From positions 1-40,295 of IMG/VR virus record IMGVR_UViG_3300032212_000054: DNA of 40,295 bases, one strand, 5' to 3'. Made by a program: the position numbers and the translations under genes. Shown in pieces: positions 7,550 through 18,031 of this stretch (position 1 is its first letter; each line of letters starts with the position of its first letter). Source of the stretch: a virus (taxonomy: Duplodnaviria; Caudoviricetes). The notes below the pieces were generated by a model that saw only the letters and a program-made list of their open reading frames with translations, ran no database searches and had not been told where the DNA came from.

Positions 7550-8999
7550 CGTAGACTTAAGAATACCTGAGGGTATAGCATGGCTACTTAGTAAGCCTAA
7601 ACGGATTAAGATTGCTGTAGGTGGTCGAGGTTCGGGAAAGTCCATTGGTGTTGGTGATATCATGCTTATGTGCGCCGACCACGGTGAAAGGATATGCTCA
7701 ACAAGGGAGTTCCAAAACTCTATTGATGACTCAGTACATGAAAGCTTAAAGCAAGAGATAGACAGGTTAGACGTTGAAGGCTTTGAAGTAACAAATACTA
7801 ATATAACATCATCTACTGGCGGCGAGATATTTTACAAAGGTTTGGCCAGAAACATAACAAGCCTAAAATCTATTGCTGGTATTAACAGGTTATGGATAGA
7901 AGAAGGCGAAAGTGTTAGCGAAAAGAGTTTAAAAGTATTAACTCCTTCTGTACGTAGTAGCGCAAAGAATAACAATGATGATAGTGCACCTCCTGAGATT
8001 TGGATCACGATGAACAGGAACAGCAGAGAAGATGCTATTGCTAAAAAATATCTATCTAGGGCCGAAAGCGAATTATCCAAAACTGGAAAGTATGAAGATG
8101 ATTTGATTATGGCAGTACAAGTTAATTATCAAGATAACCCTTGGTTCCCTGAGGAACTAGAGCAAGAACGGGCGGATGATAAAGAAAATTTAAGCAGTGA
8201 CGAATACGACCATATATGGAATGGCCACTATAATGAGACCGTTGAACGAGCAATAATCAAAAAAGCATGGTTTGACGCAGCAATAGATAGCCATATTAAA
8301 CTTGGTATAAAACCGACTGGCGCAACAATAGCTACACATGACCCAGCGGACGAAGGTGGAGATTCTAAAGGTTATGCTTGTCGCAAAGGCATTTACTATC
8401 ATGAGGTCGATGAAATAGTTGCTAAGGATGGTAACGAGGGTTGTGATGAGGCAACCAGTAGAGCGATAGCCTCTAATGCTGATTTGTTTGTGTGGGACGG
8501 TGACGGTATGGGCGCGTTGTTACGTAGGCAGATAGCTGAAAGCTTTAGCGGTATTAAGTGCGAGCTTAGAATGTATAAAGGTTCAAACGAGGTCGAGGAT
8601 AAAAAGGCCAAGTATGACGGGTTGCAAAGCTTAGGGAATAAAGATAAGCCTAAGACAAACGGCGATACATTTTTCAACAAGCGTTCACAGTATTACATGA
8701 AATTAGCCCAAAGGTTTTATAACACCTATAGAGCAGTAGTAAAGAAAGAATATGTTGATCCAGATACAATCATCTCTATCAACTCAGAGATTAAGCTACT
8801 AGATAAGTTACGCTCAGAGGTTTGCAGAATACCAAGAAAGGCGAACGGCACTGGTAAAATACAATTGATGAGCAAGAAAGAAATGAAAGACAAATACGAT
8901 ATTGATTCACCAGGCATGGCAGATTGTTTAGCGATGGGTGAAGAAATACCAGAGCCAGCACAAGAAACGCAGGCAATAGAATTCGACAGTCTATGGTAA
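7542..8999 (+). CDS. terL: Terminase large subunit (PBSX-family-like)
   Basis: Walker A GGRGSGKS, REFQNSI, Walker B WIEE, nuclease DPADEG and SPGMAD motifs. Confidence 0.95.
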   Translation: MANVDLRIPEGIAWLLSKPKRIKIAVGGRGSGKSIGVGDIMLMCADHGERICSTREFQNSIDDSVHESLKQEIDRLDVEGFEVTNTNITSSTGGEIFYKGLARNITSLKSIAGINRLWIEEGESVSEKSLKVLTPSVRSSAKNNNDDSAPPEIWITMNRNSREDAIAKKYLSRAESELSKTGKYEDDLIMAVQVNYQDNPWFPEELEQERADDKENLSSDEYDHIWNGHYNETVERAIIKKAWFDAAIDSHIKLGIKPTGATIATHDPADEGGDSKGYACRKGIYYHEVDEIVAKDGNEGCDEATSRAIASNADLFVWDGDGMGALLRRQIAESFSGIKCELRMYKGSNEVEDKKAKYDGLQSLGNKDKPKTNGDTFFNKRSQYYMKLAQRFYNTYRAVVKKEYVDPDTIISINSEIKLLDKLRSEVCRIPRKANGTGKIQLMSKKEMKDKYDIDSPGMADCLAMGEEIPEPAQETQAIEFDSLW

Positions 9000-9003
9000 T
9001 AAT

Positions 9004-11112
9004 ATGAATGATATAAATTATGGTGACCACACAGCTATTATGCAATTACTTCAAACCGCACAAAGCGCAGAGAAGGATATAAGGGACAAAACCAGAGAGT
9101 GTCACGACTTTATTGATAAGCGCGACGGTCAGTGGGAGCAAAGCGTTATTAAACGAATGACGGGCCGACCTCGTTACACGTTTGATAAGTGCAACCCTGT
9201 TGTTGATCAGATAGCTGGTGAGATGGAAGATGCTGACTTCACATTAAGAGTATCACCATCAGGCGGTGAAAGCTCAGAAGATACAGCTAAGACGCTAGAC
9301 GGGCTTATTAGAAACATTAGAAATATATCTAACGCTGAACACGTATTCAACCAAGCTAGTCGGTCTATGATAACAGGCGGCATTGATGGTTGGGAGGTTG
9401 TTCAAGACTGGGTAGATGCGGACGCATTTGAGCAAGATTTGTTTATCAGAAAGATACCAAACTTTGTCGATAGAGTATGGTTTGATGTTGGCGCAGAAAT
9501 GCAAGACATGAGCGATGCTAAATACTGCTTTGTTCTGCAAACGTTAACACCGCAAGAATACGATGAAAAGTTTCCTGAGGGGAGTAAAACTTCTGTTGGT
9601 GAAGATCGAAGCTATGAAACCTACTGGAATAAGGTCGAGTTTATAACTGTTGGTAGATTCTTATACAAAAAGCCAGTAAGTATTGATATTGTTAAAATGT
9701 CAAACGGCAAGGTTTATCGTGATAATGAAGAATACGCAAAGATTAAAGATGACTTGGCTGCTCAAGGCATAACGGAAGAAGATAGAAGAAAAAGAAAAAG
9801 TTGGCGTGTTTATAGTCGTCTGTTTGATGGTGGTGATTGGTTAAAAGAAGAACAAAAAACCGTTTTTGATTATCTCCCAGTCGTGCCTGTTTACGGTAAC
9901 TTTAAAATAACAAACAATAAAATCATTTATCGTGGTGTTGTTGAGAAGCTTATAGACCCCCAGCGTGTTTATAATTACGCCAAGTCTAGACAGATTGAAG
10001 AAGGGGCATTAGCTCCAAAAGGTAAATATTGGGGAACAAAAGAGCAGCGCAAAGGCAATGAGAGTTCACTAGCTACGCTCAACACCAACTCTGACCCGTG
10101 GCAAGACTACAACCACGTTGAAGGTCAGCCACCACCGTTCTTTCAGCAAGGCGGCACAACTAACCCAGGGCTTGAACAGACAGCTATATCAGCAGCCAAT
10201 GACTTGTCAGCAGCGGCTAACCAGTTCAACGCTCAGATAGGTAATGCTCCCGGTCAGCAATCAGGTATCGCTAACGAGCTACAGATACAGCAGGGCAATA
10301 TTGGTTCTGTAAAATACTTTAGTTCGCAAGAAGTCGCCATTTGCCAAACTGGTAAAATATTAATCAATGCTATACCGAGAGTTTACGATTCAACAAGACA
10401 AATAAGAATCATAGGCGAGGACGGCTCAACATCTCAAGCCAGTATTAACGACAATATTTTAGACGCTAAGACGGGTGAAGTAGTAGAAGTTAATAACCTT
10501 AAAATGGGTCAGTATGATGTTGTTTGTGAGGTTGGTGATGCTTTCAAGTCAAGGCAGAAAGAGACAGTTGATTCGTTTATTAATGTAGCGGCTATCGACC
10601 CGTCAATACTTCAAATGGGTGCTGATGTAATGTTGAAAAACATGAACGCGCCCGGCATGGATGTGATGGCAGAGCGTAAACGAGCGCAGTTGATACAGTC
10701 TGGCGTTATTCCTTTCGACCAGATGAACGAGGACGAGCAACAACAAGCCCAACAACAAGCGCAGCAACCACCACAGGCAGACCCAGCAATGATGTTAGCG
10801 GCACAGGCTGAAATGCAGAAAGCACAAGCTCAGACCTTGGAGGCTCAAAACAAAGAGGCATCGTTACAGATAGATAAGGCCAAGGTTCAACTACAGCAAC
10901 AACAGTTTGAGGCTACATTACAAGGTAAGTTTGGTGTTGAAGGTGCTAAGTTAGATCAGGAGCAGCAAAAGATAGATTTAGATGTAATGAAAGCCATAAA
11001 TGATATGGCCATCAAGATAGAAACACTTGAACAACAAGCTAGCCAAAACCTAAAAGCAGATATTAGAGAAAATCAAAAGCTAGCCAATGAACAAGCAAAT
11101 GACATTAATTAA
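9004..11112 (+). CDS. Portal protein, P22-like with C-terminal barrel coiled coil
   Basis: 702 aa after TerL; GQW...GRP.YTFD, DPQR.YNY; long Gln-rich helical tail. Confidence 0.92.
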   Translation: MNDINYGDHTAIMQLLQTAQSAEKDIRDKTRECHDFIDKRDGQWEQSVIKRMTGRPRYTFDKCNPVVDQIAGEMEDADFTLRVSPSGGESSEDTAKTLDGLIRNIRNISNAEHVFNQASRSMITGGIDGWEVVQDWVDADAFEQDLFIRKIPNFVDRVWFDVGAEMQDMSDAKYCFVLQTLTPQEYDEKFPEGSKTSVGEDRSYETYWNKVEFITVGRFLYKKPVSIDIVKMSNGKVYRDNEEYAKIKDDLAAQGITEEDRRKRKSWRVYSRLFDGGDWLKEEQKTVFDYLPVVPVYGNFKITNNKIIYRGVVEKLIDPQRVYNYAKSRQIEEGALAPKGKYWGTKEQRKGNESSLATLNTNSDPWQDYNHVEGQPPPFFQQGGTTNPGLEQTAISAANDLSAAANQFNAQIGNAPGQQSGIANELQIQQGNIGSVKYFSSQEVAICQTGKILINAIPRVYDSTRQIRIIGEDGSTSQASINDNILDAKTGEVVEVNNLKMGQYDVVCEVGDAFKSRQKETVDSFINVAAIDPSILQMGADVMLKNMNAPGMDVMAERKRAQLIQSGVIPFDQMNEDEQQQAQQQAQQPPQADPAMMLAAQAEMQKAQAQTLEAQNKEASLQIDKAKVQLQQQQFEATLQGKFGVEGAKLDQEQQKIDLDVMKAINDMAIKIETLEQQASQNLKADIRENQKLANEQANDIN

Positions 11113-11275
11113 TACTATCAAAGTATTTTATTAACTCTTCCTCACTAGCGCCGCACTCTATAGCTTTTTCAGCTATAGTTTGTAGCGCTGTTATAACATC
11201 CTCATACAAGACAAATTCAGACTTACGAAACCTGTCTGTTTGTTGGTTTATTTGCTTTCTTGTGTATTTAACCAT
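11105..11275 (-). CDS. 56-aa antisense moron protein (MVKYTRKQINQQTDRFRKSEFVLYEDV...)
   Basis: Read manually; AAGGA RBS on minus strand; fills the portal-scaffold gap. Confidence 0.6.
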   Translation of the reverse strand: MVKYTRKQINQQTDRFRKSEFVLYEDVITALQTIAEKAIECGASEEELIKYFDSIN

Positions 11276-11353
11276 TATCGAATCCTTATTAAAATTTAAT
11301 TGTAACGCACAATTGTAACCACAATTAGACTAATTTGTTATAAAAACAGTTTG

Positions 11354-11362
11354 TGTTATAAT
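11354..11362 (+). promoter_or_regulatory. Extended -10 promoter TGTTATAAT upstream of scaffold/coat
   Basis: Perfect TGn-TATAAT in the intergenic gap. Confidence 0.55.
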
Positions 11363-11436
11363 CAAAAACAAGGTTTACAGCTAACCTTTCTAATAGCTGG
11401 CACAGCCAATCGGCTATACCTTCAAGGGCGATAATC

Positions 11437-12249
11437 ATGAGTGAGCTACAAAGCGATTCTATTGAATCGGACTTAACCGAACAATCAGTAATCGAAAACC
11501 AGAATGATGGGGTAGATTTAGCAACTACTAGTGAAGCGGAGCACGAAGAAAAACCGCAAGTTGACGATGAAGTAGCAAAGCAAGAAGCTATTAACAAAGC
11601 CATCAACAAGAAGCATTTTGAAGCAAAACAGGCAGAGCGCGAGCGAGACGAAGCAAGGGCAAAGCTGGCAGAGTTACAAAAGGCTGAACAAGAACGGCAG
11701 GCGGCAACGGTTGGAAATATCCCACCAGCACCAGACCCATTTGATGATGACTACGAAGTTAAGGCAATGGCCAGAGAAGATGCCATAAGAAAGCAGGCAT
11801 CATTTGAGGCTGAGAACCAAGTCCTTTTGCAGCAGCAACAACGTCAACAACAAGAACAGGCGCAAGCTAAGGCAGTAGCACAAAGTGAGGCTATTACAGC
11901 TTACGCGGCTAAGGCTAACGAACTTGGTGTTAAACAAGATGAATTGCAGGCGGCAGGTAACACGGTTGCACAGTATGGTTTATCAGATGATTTGATAATG
12001 CACATATTAAAAGACAGTGAAGGTCCGTTGATTACTAAGCATCTAGCGGCTAATCCGCAAGAAGGTTTTCAGCTGGCTAGCATGTCACCTTACGCAGTTG
12101 GTTCATTTTTGGATGGTATCAAGCAAAAAGCAAGCGCATTAAAACCGAAAACGACAGAGGCACCACCACCAGCCGAAAGGCTATCAGGTAACGGGGTTGA
12201 TACAAACAAAGGTCAATTTCACCATATAGGCGGTGCAAAATTTGAATAG
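11437..12249 (+). CDS. Scaffolding protein
   Basis: Acidic N-terminus and coiled coil; position between portal and coat. Confidence 0.85.
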   Translation: MSELQSDSIESDLTEQSVIENQNDGVDLATTSEAEHEEKPQVDDEVAKQEAINKAINKKHFEAKQAERERDEARAKLAELQKAEQERQAATVGNIPPAPDPFDDDYEVKAMAREDAIRKQASFEAENQVLLQQQQRQQQEQAQAKAVAQSEAITAYAAKANELGVKQDELQAAGNTVAQYGLSDDLIMHILKDSEGPLITKHLAANPQEGFQLASMSPYAVGSFLDGIKQKASALKPKTTEAPPPAERLSGNGVDTNKGQFHHIGGAKFE

Positions 12250-12263
12250 AATAGGAGCCACTC

Positions 12264-13535
12264 ATGGCTAATAATTTTGAAAGTAACTTTACGCGAAAGC
12301 TAATGATGAAGGTCGCTGACCGATTTGAAGCTAACCGCATGATGAGTAAAAAAGTAGATTCGCAAACTTACTCAGGTTCATTTAATCCTAATACGGGCGA
12401 TACTATCGACATCAAACGCCCAACGGATTACAAGACGACTCGTACATCTAACGGTGATATCTCAGCAACAACAGCGCAATCAATTGTAACTGGTAAGGCT
12501 TCGGCAACAGTGCAAGATTACATTACTGTTGAAGTTGATTACGATGAAGCAGACCAAGCTTTAGAGATGGGAACAGACGCAGACCGATTCTTTGATGATA
12601 TTGCTAACCGCATTGTCATTGACTTGGAATTAGATTTTGCAGAGTTCGCAATGAAAAACGCTGGCTTGCTGCAAGGCACTGTTGGCCAAGGTGTTGATAG
12701 TTGGGCCGAGATTGCAGAAGCTGGCGCTTTAATGCAGTCAACTGGTGTATCAATGAATAAGCGCTGGAATTACTTCCTAAACCCTTATTCGCAAGTTGCC
12801 CTATCTACTGAACAACGCTCACTAGGTGTTAATCCAGAAGTACAAACAGCAACGCAACAAGCAATGGTTAATCAGAACTTTGCTGGCTTTGACGTATTTA
12901 CAGCGACAACTTTGCCTAGCTACACTACTCATAGTGCGGCAGATAGAGTTGGCGCGGTAGCATCTAATCCTGACGTTACCTATGTAACAGCTAAGGATTC
13001 GATGACACAGACTATCGCTGTTAGTGGCTTTGGCGCTAACCTTGAAATCCGAGCAGGTGAAACGGTTACGGTAACTGGCCGTAACAGGCTTAACCTATCA
13101 ACACGAAACAACGCTGTTGACGCATCAGGAACGCAAATCGTGTTTACTGGTACGGTTGTTAGCGCTGTTACATTGTCTGGTACGGGCACGGGTAACATTG
13201 TTATCACTGGCCCTGGCATCTATGAAGCATCAGGCGCTTACAATACAACTGACTCAGCTATCGTTGCTGGTGATGTTCTAACGCTAGGCGGTGCGGCTTC
13301 GACAGTTTACCAACCTAACTTGTTCTGGCATCCTGACGCGTTTGCTATTGCTTACGTTGATATCAAGAAGCTTCAGTCAACTGATACCATTTACCGATCT
13401 AAAGACGGTTTGGTTATGCGTTGCTCGAAAGATTCTGATGTACGGGCAAACAAACAGATTGTACGTTTCGATCTACGCCCAGCTTACGGTGTTACTAACC
13501 CGTTTATGGCTGGCCAAGGCTTCGGTAATCCTTAA
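12264..13535 (+). CDS. Major capsid protein (P22 coat family)
   Basis: MANNF start, GDTIDIKRP, NLFWHPDAFA, RFDLRPAYG; 423 aa. Confidence 0.93.
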   Translation: MANNFESNFTRKLMMKVADRFEANRMMSKKVDSQTYSGSFNPNTGDTIDIKRPTDYKTTRTSNGDISATTAQSIVTGKASATVQDYITVEVDYDEADQALEMGTDADRFFDDIANRIVIDLELDFAEFAMKNAGLLQGTVGQGVDSWAEIAEAGALMQSTGVSMNKRWNYFLNPYSQVALSTEQRSLGVNPEVQTATQQAMVNQNFAGFDVFTATTLPSYTTHSAADRVGAVASNPDVTYVTAKDSMTQTIAVSGFGANLEIRAGETVTVTGRNRLNLSTRNNAVDASGTQIVFTGTVVSAVTLSGTGTGNIVITGPGIYEASGAYNTTDSAIVAGDVLTLGGAASTVYQPNLFWHPDAFAIAYVDIKKLQSTDTIYRSKDGLVMRCSKDSDVRANKQIVRFDLRPAYGVTNPFMAGQGFGNP

Positions 13536-13553
13536 TCAGTAACCTAAATTATC

Positions 13554-13575
13554 AGGCGGCTTCGGTCGCCTTTTT
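13554..13575 (+). terminator. Rho-independent terminator after coat gene
   Basis: AGGCGGC-TTCG-GTCGCCT stem-loop followed by a T run. Confidence 0.85.
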
Positions 13576-13594
13576 AGGTAAAAAGAGGTGATTT

Positions 13595-13723
13595 ATGATC
13601 AAACTTAAAAAACCAAACGGAAAAGAAGTAGAAGTTAACGAAACTTCACTTGATTACGCATTATCTTTAGGTTGGAAGAAAGCAGCCAAGAAGAAAGCAG
13701 CACCTAAAAAAAAGGCTGAGTGA
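13595..13723 (+). CDS. 42-aa protein with basic tail
   Basis: GAGGTG RBS; MIKLKKPNG...LGWKKAAKKKAAPKKKAE. Confidence 0.7.
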   Translation: MIKLKKPNGKEVEVNETSLDYALSLGWKKAAKKKAAPKKKAE

Positions 13724-14205
13724 TGGAAACCGCACAATCAGTCGTATCTGATATCCTTCAAGAAATTCTCGTACAAAGCTCAGAGCAAGCTATTCAAGCT
13801 GTTGATGCACAAACTTGCATTAGATACATGAATCGGTTCATGGCTTCCTTAGCGGCACGTGGTGTTAATCTAGGCTACACAAAGGTAACATCGTTAGCTG
13901 ATGACATAACAATACCAGAGGGAGCGATTGAGGGGCTTATATACAACGTAGCTGTCAAGCTTTGCTCGTCTTATGACGTACAACCTAATCAATTCTTAAT
14001 CCTTAATGCTCGCGAAGGTCTAAAAGCAATGAATCAGCTAGGCGTTGCTAGAGTTGAATCAAGCATGCCAGCAACGTTGCCAATTGGCTCAGGCAATGAA
14101 AGTGAATCAACTTACAATACATGGCATTTCTACCCTGACTTACAAGATACTATCTTAACAGAGCAGAACGGCAACATATTACTAGAGGATGATACTAGTG
14201 AGTAG
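13720..14205 (+). CDS. Head-tail adaptor / DNA stabilization protein (P22 gp4-like)
   Basis: Position after coat; LGY...IP......YN.A..L and LPIGSGN motifs. Likely start is ATG 13723. Confidence 0.8.
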   Translation: MMETAQSVVSDILQEILVQSSEQAIQAVDAQTCIRYMNRFMASLAARGVNLGYTKVTSLADDITIPEGAIEGLIYNVAVKLCSSYDVQPNQFLILNAREGLKAMNQLGVARVESSMPATLPIGSGNESESTYNTWHFYPDLQDTILTEQNGNILLEDDTSE

Positions 14206-15820
14206 TAGTATTAAAAAGAGTGGCTTTAACGCACAGACAGCGGTGCTGGACTCAGATTATTTTGATTTTGTTCGAAACGGCACGAACTACAAGGTATCGT
14301 TTGCAGACGTAAAAAGCTCTATAGGTATCACGGTTGACTTGGCTAGTGTTGGTTCGCCACTTGGTAACCCGGTGATGTACAAAGAAACATCTACTAGTTA
14401 CAAGTTTAGAAGCATTGAAAGCGGTTCAGGTGTTATAGCTCAAATATCACCACAAAACGGTATCGAAGTTGGGCTGAATTTAACGCAAGATGTAACAGGC
14501 TCACCAATATTTGACGATGTTGGAGCAACTAAACCAACAGTGGCATCGTTAGTTGAAGGCCAAGGAATATCTATAACAAAAACCAATGACGCGATCACGA
14601 TACAGAACACAGTAGACCCAGCAACAGGGCTTTCAAATAGGGTTGTAGTCACACAGTCATCAGACTTAGCTGGAACACTTGACAGCACAAAAGAATATTT
14701 TATTGATGGTGTTATTGACATGACTGGCGTTGAGGTTGAGGTGCCAGTTGGCGGTCTAAATATAACTGGTTATGACTTCAATATATCAAAGCTTATTTGT
14801 GCCGATAACAGCTACACAATGTTTAAAAGTGGTGCGGCGTTAAGCGGTGATTTACTTATGAGAGATGTCGCTATTGAAGTAACTGGCACTGGCTCACAAG
14901 TTTACAACTTGACTGACGTTGACTCCACTCACGCAGTAGAGCTAGCAAGGGTCAATTTTAACGGTTGTTCTAGTCTTGGTGCTCTAACCAATTATAGGCA
15001 AGGGCTGGAAAGTGGTAACGGTCGCTTTGGTGGCATGCCAGAACTAACCTTAGCTGGTGCATGGGCTGGCGGCTACTTAATAGAGACAACCATTGTCAGA
15101 GGCTTGACCGATGGTAGCTATACGTTATTTAAGGCTGGTGCTGGCTTTTCAATGACATCTAGGTTTAGATGTGTAATCAATGTTGACTTGCCTGCTAGCG
15201 CTTCACTGACAGACTTTGTGACAGGTAACTTTGTTAACCCTTCAAGTTTACAGTTTAGAAATTGCTTTATTACTCGCAACGGGGTTTTTAACTCTAGTGA
15301 TACCAACCTAACGCCTAATGTGTCATCCAGTGATTTAGCTAGTGAATGGCTGTCAAATGATGGTCTGAATAACACCTTTGTTGGCGGCGAACTTATGATC
15401 ACATCAGAAGTAACAACAACAATAAGTACAGCAGGCGTATTTGTAGATTTAGACGGTACGTGGACTACGGCAGACTTACAGCATTTTGATGAACCAGCTA
15501 ACGGACAGCTTAGGCATTTAGGTGATTCGCCTAGAGACTACTCAGTTACGGGCGAATTGGTTTTAGATAGCACAAGCAATGATGAAATTGATTTAAAAGT
15601 TGTAGTGTATAGGGCCGCAACAACAACATTTGAAGATCAAAAAACAATTAGGCGAGTCATAAACAATTTACAAGGCGGTCGAGATGTGGCCTATTTTGGA
15701 TTAAAAAACAACATAACACTAGCTAATAATGATTACGTAAAATTACAAGTCGCAAACGTTAACGCAACAAATGATATCACAGCAGAACTCGATTCATTCT
15801 TTGATGTAGAGAAGCGATAA
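14189..15820 (+). CDS. Extra virion fibre/spike protein
   Basis: Fibre-like N-terminus (DSDYFDFVRNGTNYKVSF) and beta-rich body. Confidence 0.65.
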   Translation: MILVSSSIKKSGFNAQTAVLDSDYFDFVRNGTNYKVSFADVKSSIGITVDLASVGSPLGNPVMYKETSTSYKFRSIESGSGVIAQISPQNGIEVGLNLTQDVTGSPIFDDVGATKPTVASLVEGQGISITKTNDAITIQNTVDPATGLSNRVVVTQSSDLAGTLDSTKEYFIDGVIDMTGVEVEVPVGGLNITGYDFNISKLICADNSYTMFKSGAALSGDLLMRDVAIEVTGTGSQVYNLTDVDSTHAVELARVNFNGCSSLGALTNYRQGLESGNGRFGGMPELTLAGAWAGGYLIETTIVRGLTDGSYTLFKAGAGFSMTSRFRCVINVDLPASASLTDFVTGNFVNPSSLQFRNCFITRNGVFNSSDTNLTPNVSSSDLASEWLSNDGLNNTFVGGELMITSEVTTTISTAGVFVDLDGTWTTADLQHFDEPANGQLRHLGDSPRDYSVTGELVLDSTSNDEIDLKVVVYRAATTTFEDQKTIRRVINNLQGGRDVAYFGLKNNITLANNDYVKLQVANVNATNDITAELDSFFDVEKR

Positions 15821-17311
15821 ATGCCAAGAGTAACCTTGCCAATTGCCAACGGGTTTTATAACTCTGATAGCTTACCTATAAGCCATCAAGAGTGCATAAA
15901 CTGGCGGCCAAACATCGTACAAGCTCAAGGCGCGTTGAGCCCTGAAACATTGGTGGGGGTTGATGGGATAGCTCAAATATTAACGACTGGCCAAGTCAAT
16001 CAAGCCAATAGAGGATCACACGTTAAAGACGGGCTTCCTTATTTTCTTAATGGCGACACGCTAGTTAGGGCTGATAAGTCTGTTGATGGTGCTGGCGTTG
16101 TCACTTACACACAAGTAACACTTGGCACAATACCAGGTGACGAATTGGTTAGTATGGCTGATAATGGTACACAGTTAATGGTGTTAGTACCTAATGGTAA
16201 AGGCTACATCATTGATGAAAGCTCAGGAACACCATTCCAAGAAATAACAGATTCAGATTTTACAGCAAATGGCAATCCACAATACGTTGTATTTATCGAC
16301 TCGTTTTTTGTGGTGACTACTGATACCAAGAAGTTCATTAAATCAGCAGCAAATAACGGGTTAAGCTGGAACGCTTTGGATTTTGGTAGCGCAGAAGCCG
16401 ACCCTGATACAATAGTAGCGCCGATAGTCCATAGAAACAGACTTTATATTGCAGGCAGTGAAACAATAGAGGATTTTGTCAATAGTCCGCCATCGAATGA
16501 CCCAGCAGCATTTCCTTTTGTTAGGGGTGGTCTAGTCTTAAATAAAGGTGTATTTGCACCCTTATCGTTGATAGATACTGGCGATACTTTTTTATTTGTT
16601 GGCGGTGGCACTAACGAAAGTCCGGCTATCTGGGCCCTGTCTGGTAACTCTGTGCAGAAATTAAGCACAACAGCTATAGACGTTGTTTTAAACGATTTAA
16701 CGGATTCAGAAGTAAGCGCAATAACCTCACACAATGACAGCTCCAACGGTGGTTATTTTATTTATTTTAAACTACCTAAAACCACACTAGCCTACAACAC
16801 AACTAGCGGTAGGTGGCACGAGGAAAAGTCAACCATCATAAACAACAAAGGCTTGACGGAAATTATAGGTCGAAGGATAAGCGGAATAGTAACAGCTTAC
16901 GGATTAAGGTTGTGCGGTGACACTATAGATGGTCGAATTGGAAGTATAAGTTCAGACTTATACACAGAATACGGCGAACTTATACACAGGTCATTTACAA
17001 CACAGCCATTTAGCGACCAAGGTAATGTTATGACGGTCTCAGCTTTGGAATTAACAGTTCAAAGTGGTAGCGGTGATTTTACAACGCTAGACCCAAAGAT
17101 AAACATGAGTCAAAGCTTTGATAATAGAACATTTAACGATGAAATAAGTCGTAGTATTGGCGCTATAGGTGAATACGACCAACGTTTAATCTGGTATAGA
17201 CTAGGTAGGGTGCCAAGGTTTACAAGTTTTAGGTTTACGATGTCAGATCCGGTTAACCCAACTGTAATAAAGCTAGAGTCGAATATGAGGGGTCATGCAA
17301 TTGGCAGTTAA
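15821..17311 (+). CDS. Tail hub / packaged DNA stabilization protein (P22 gp10-like)
   Basis: SMADNG, DF.SAE..PD and W.RLG motifs; size and position. Confidence 0.88.
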   Translation: MPRVTLPIANGFYNSDSLPISHQECINWRPNIVQAQGALSPETLVGVDGIAQILTTGQVNQANRGSHVKDGLPYFLNGDTLVRADKSVDGAGVVTYTQVTLGTIPGDELVSMADNGTQLMVLVPNGKGYIIDESSGTPFQEITDSDFTANGNPQYVVFIDSFFVVTTDTKKFIKSAANNGLSWNALDFGSAEADPDTIVAPIVHRNRLYIAGSETIEDFVNSPPSNDPAAFPFVRGGLVLNKGVFAPLSLIDTGDTFLFVGGGTNESPAIWALSGNSVQKLSTTAIDVVLNDLTDSEVSAITSHNDSSNGGYFIYFKLPKTTLAYNTTSGRWHEEKSTIINNKGLTEIIGRRISGIVTAYGLRLCGDTIDGRIGSISSDLYTEYGELIHRSFTTQPFSDQGNVMTVSALELTVQSGSGDFTTLDPKINMSQSFDNRTFNDEISRSIGAIGEYDQRLIWYRLGRVPRFTSFRFTMSDPVNPTVIKLESNMRGHAIGS

Positions 17312-17573
17312 CATCGTACCACCAGACAGCCAAAAGCCCATTACTGAGCAAAACATGACAATGTTTTACGTGTTCAGAGAGTGGACTATAGCAATAACCA
17401 ACGAAGTCAACGACAGGGCTTTGTTGTTTGGTACTGGCAACCCTGAAAACGTGGTGTCAGCTAAAAAAGGTCAGGAATACATGGACGAAAGCGGCACAGC
17501 TTCGAATATTAAATACATTAAAAAGGTCGATGACATTGCAGGCGACACTAAACAGGGGTGGATTTTAATTTGA
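17295..17573 (+). CDS. Short tail needle-like protein
   Basis: Occupies the gp26 position; C-terminal GTGNPENVVSA..G..Y...YIK...GW motif. Confidence 0.6.
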   Translation: MQLAVNIVPPDSQKPITEQNMTMFYVFREWTIAITNEVNDRALLFGTGNPENVVSAKKGQEYMDESGTASNIKYIKKVDDIAGDTKQGWILI

Positions 17574-18031
17574 TTATCGAAAGGACTTTTGACGTTGGCC
17601 TGTTAATAGATATTCTAACTAACGAACATATATTTGATTCAATTAGCGAAGATGGTGCAGACCTAGAAACGCTTAAATTTGATGTTATAAACGAGTTTTG
17701 GGTAAGTATGGTAGTGGATGACGTGGTGATAGGCGTTACTAATTTTAGGCCAATGTTTAGACGAACTTATGATTGTCATATTCATATATTACCTGAGCAT
17801 AGAGAGCATTCTCTAGCGGCTGGTGATGGGTTGTTGAATTGGTGTAACGAAAAGCTACCTAACAGCACTCTATACACAAATGTTCCAGTATTTTGCGAGA
17901 ACGTTAAAAGATTCTTGCTTAACTTTGGTTTTGAACAAAGCGGACTAATTAAACAGGCGTGGCTTAAAAATGGTAAACGTAACGATATGTGGATATTAAC
18001 AAGGGGGACAGCATGCCAGCAGCAGCAGTAA
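17558..18031 (+). CDS. GNAT-fold protein (P22 gp14-like)
   Basis: CHIHILPE and FGFEQSG motifs; position before the ejection genes. Confidence 0.7.
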   Translation: MDFNLIIERTFDVGLLIDILTNEHIFDSISEDGADLETLKFDVINEFWVSMVVDDVVIGVTNFRPMFRRTYDCHIHILPEHREHSLAAGDGLLNWCNEKLPNSTLYTNVPVFCENVKRFLLNFGFEQSGLIKQAWLKNGKRNDMWILTRGTACQQQQ

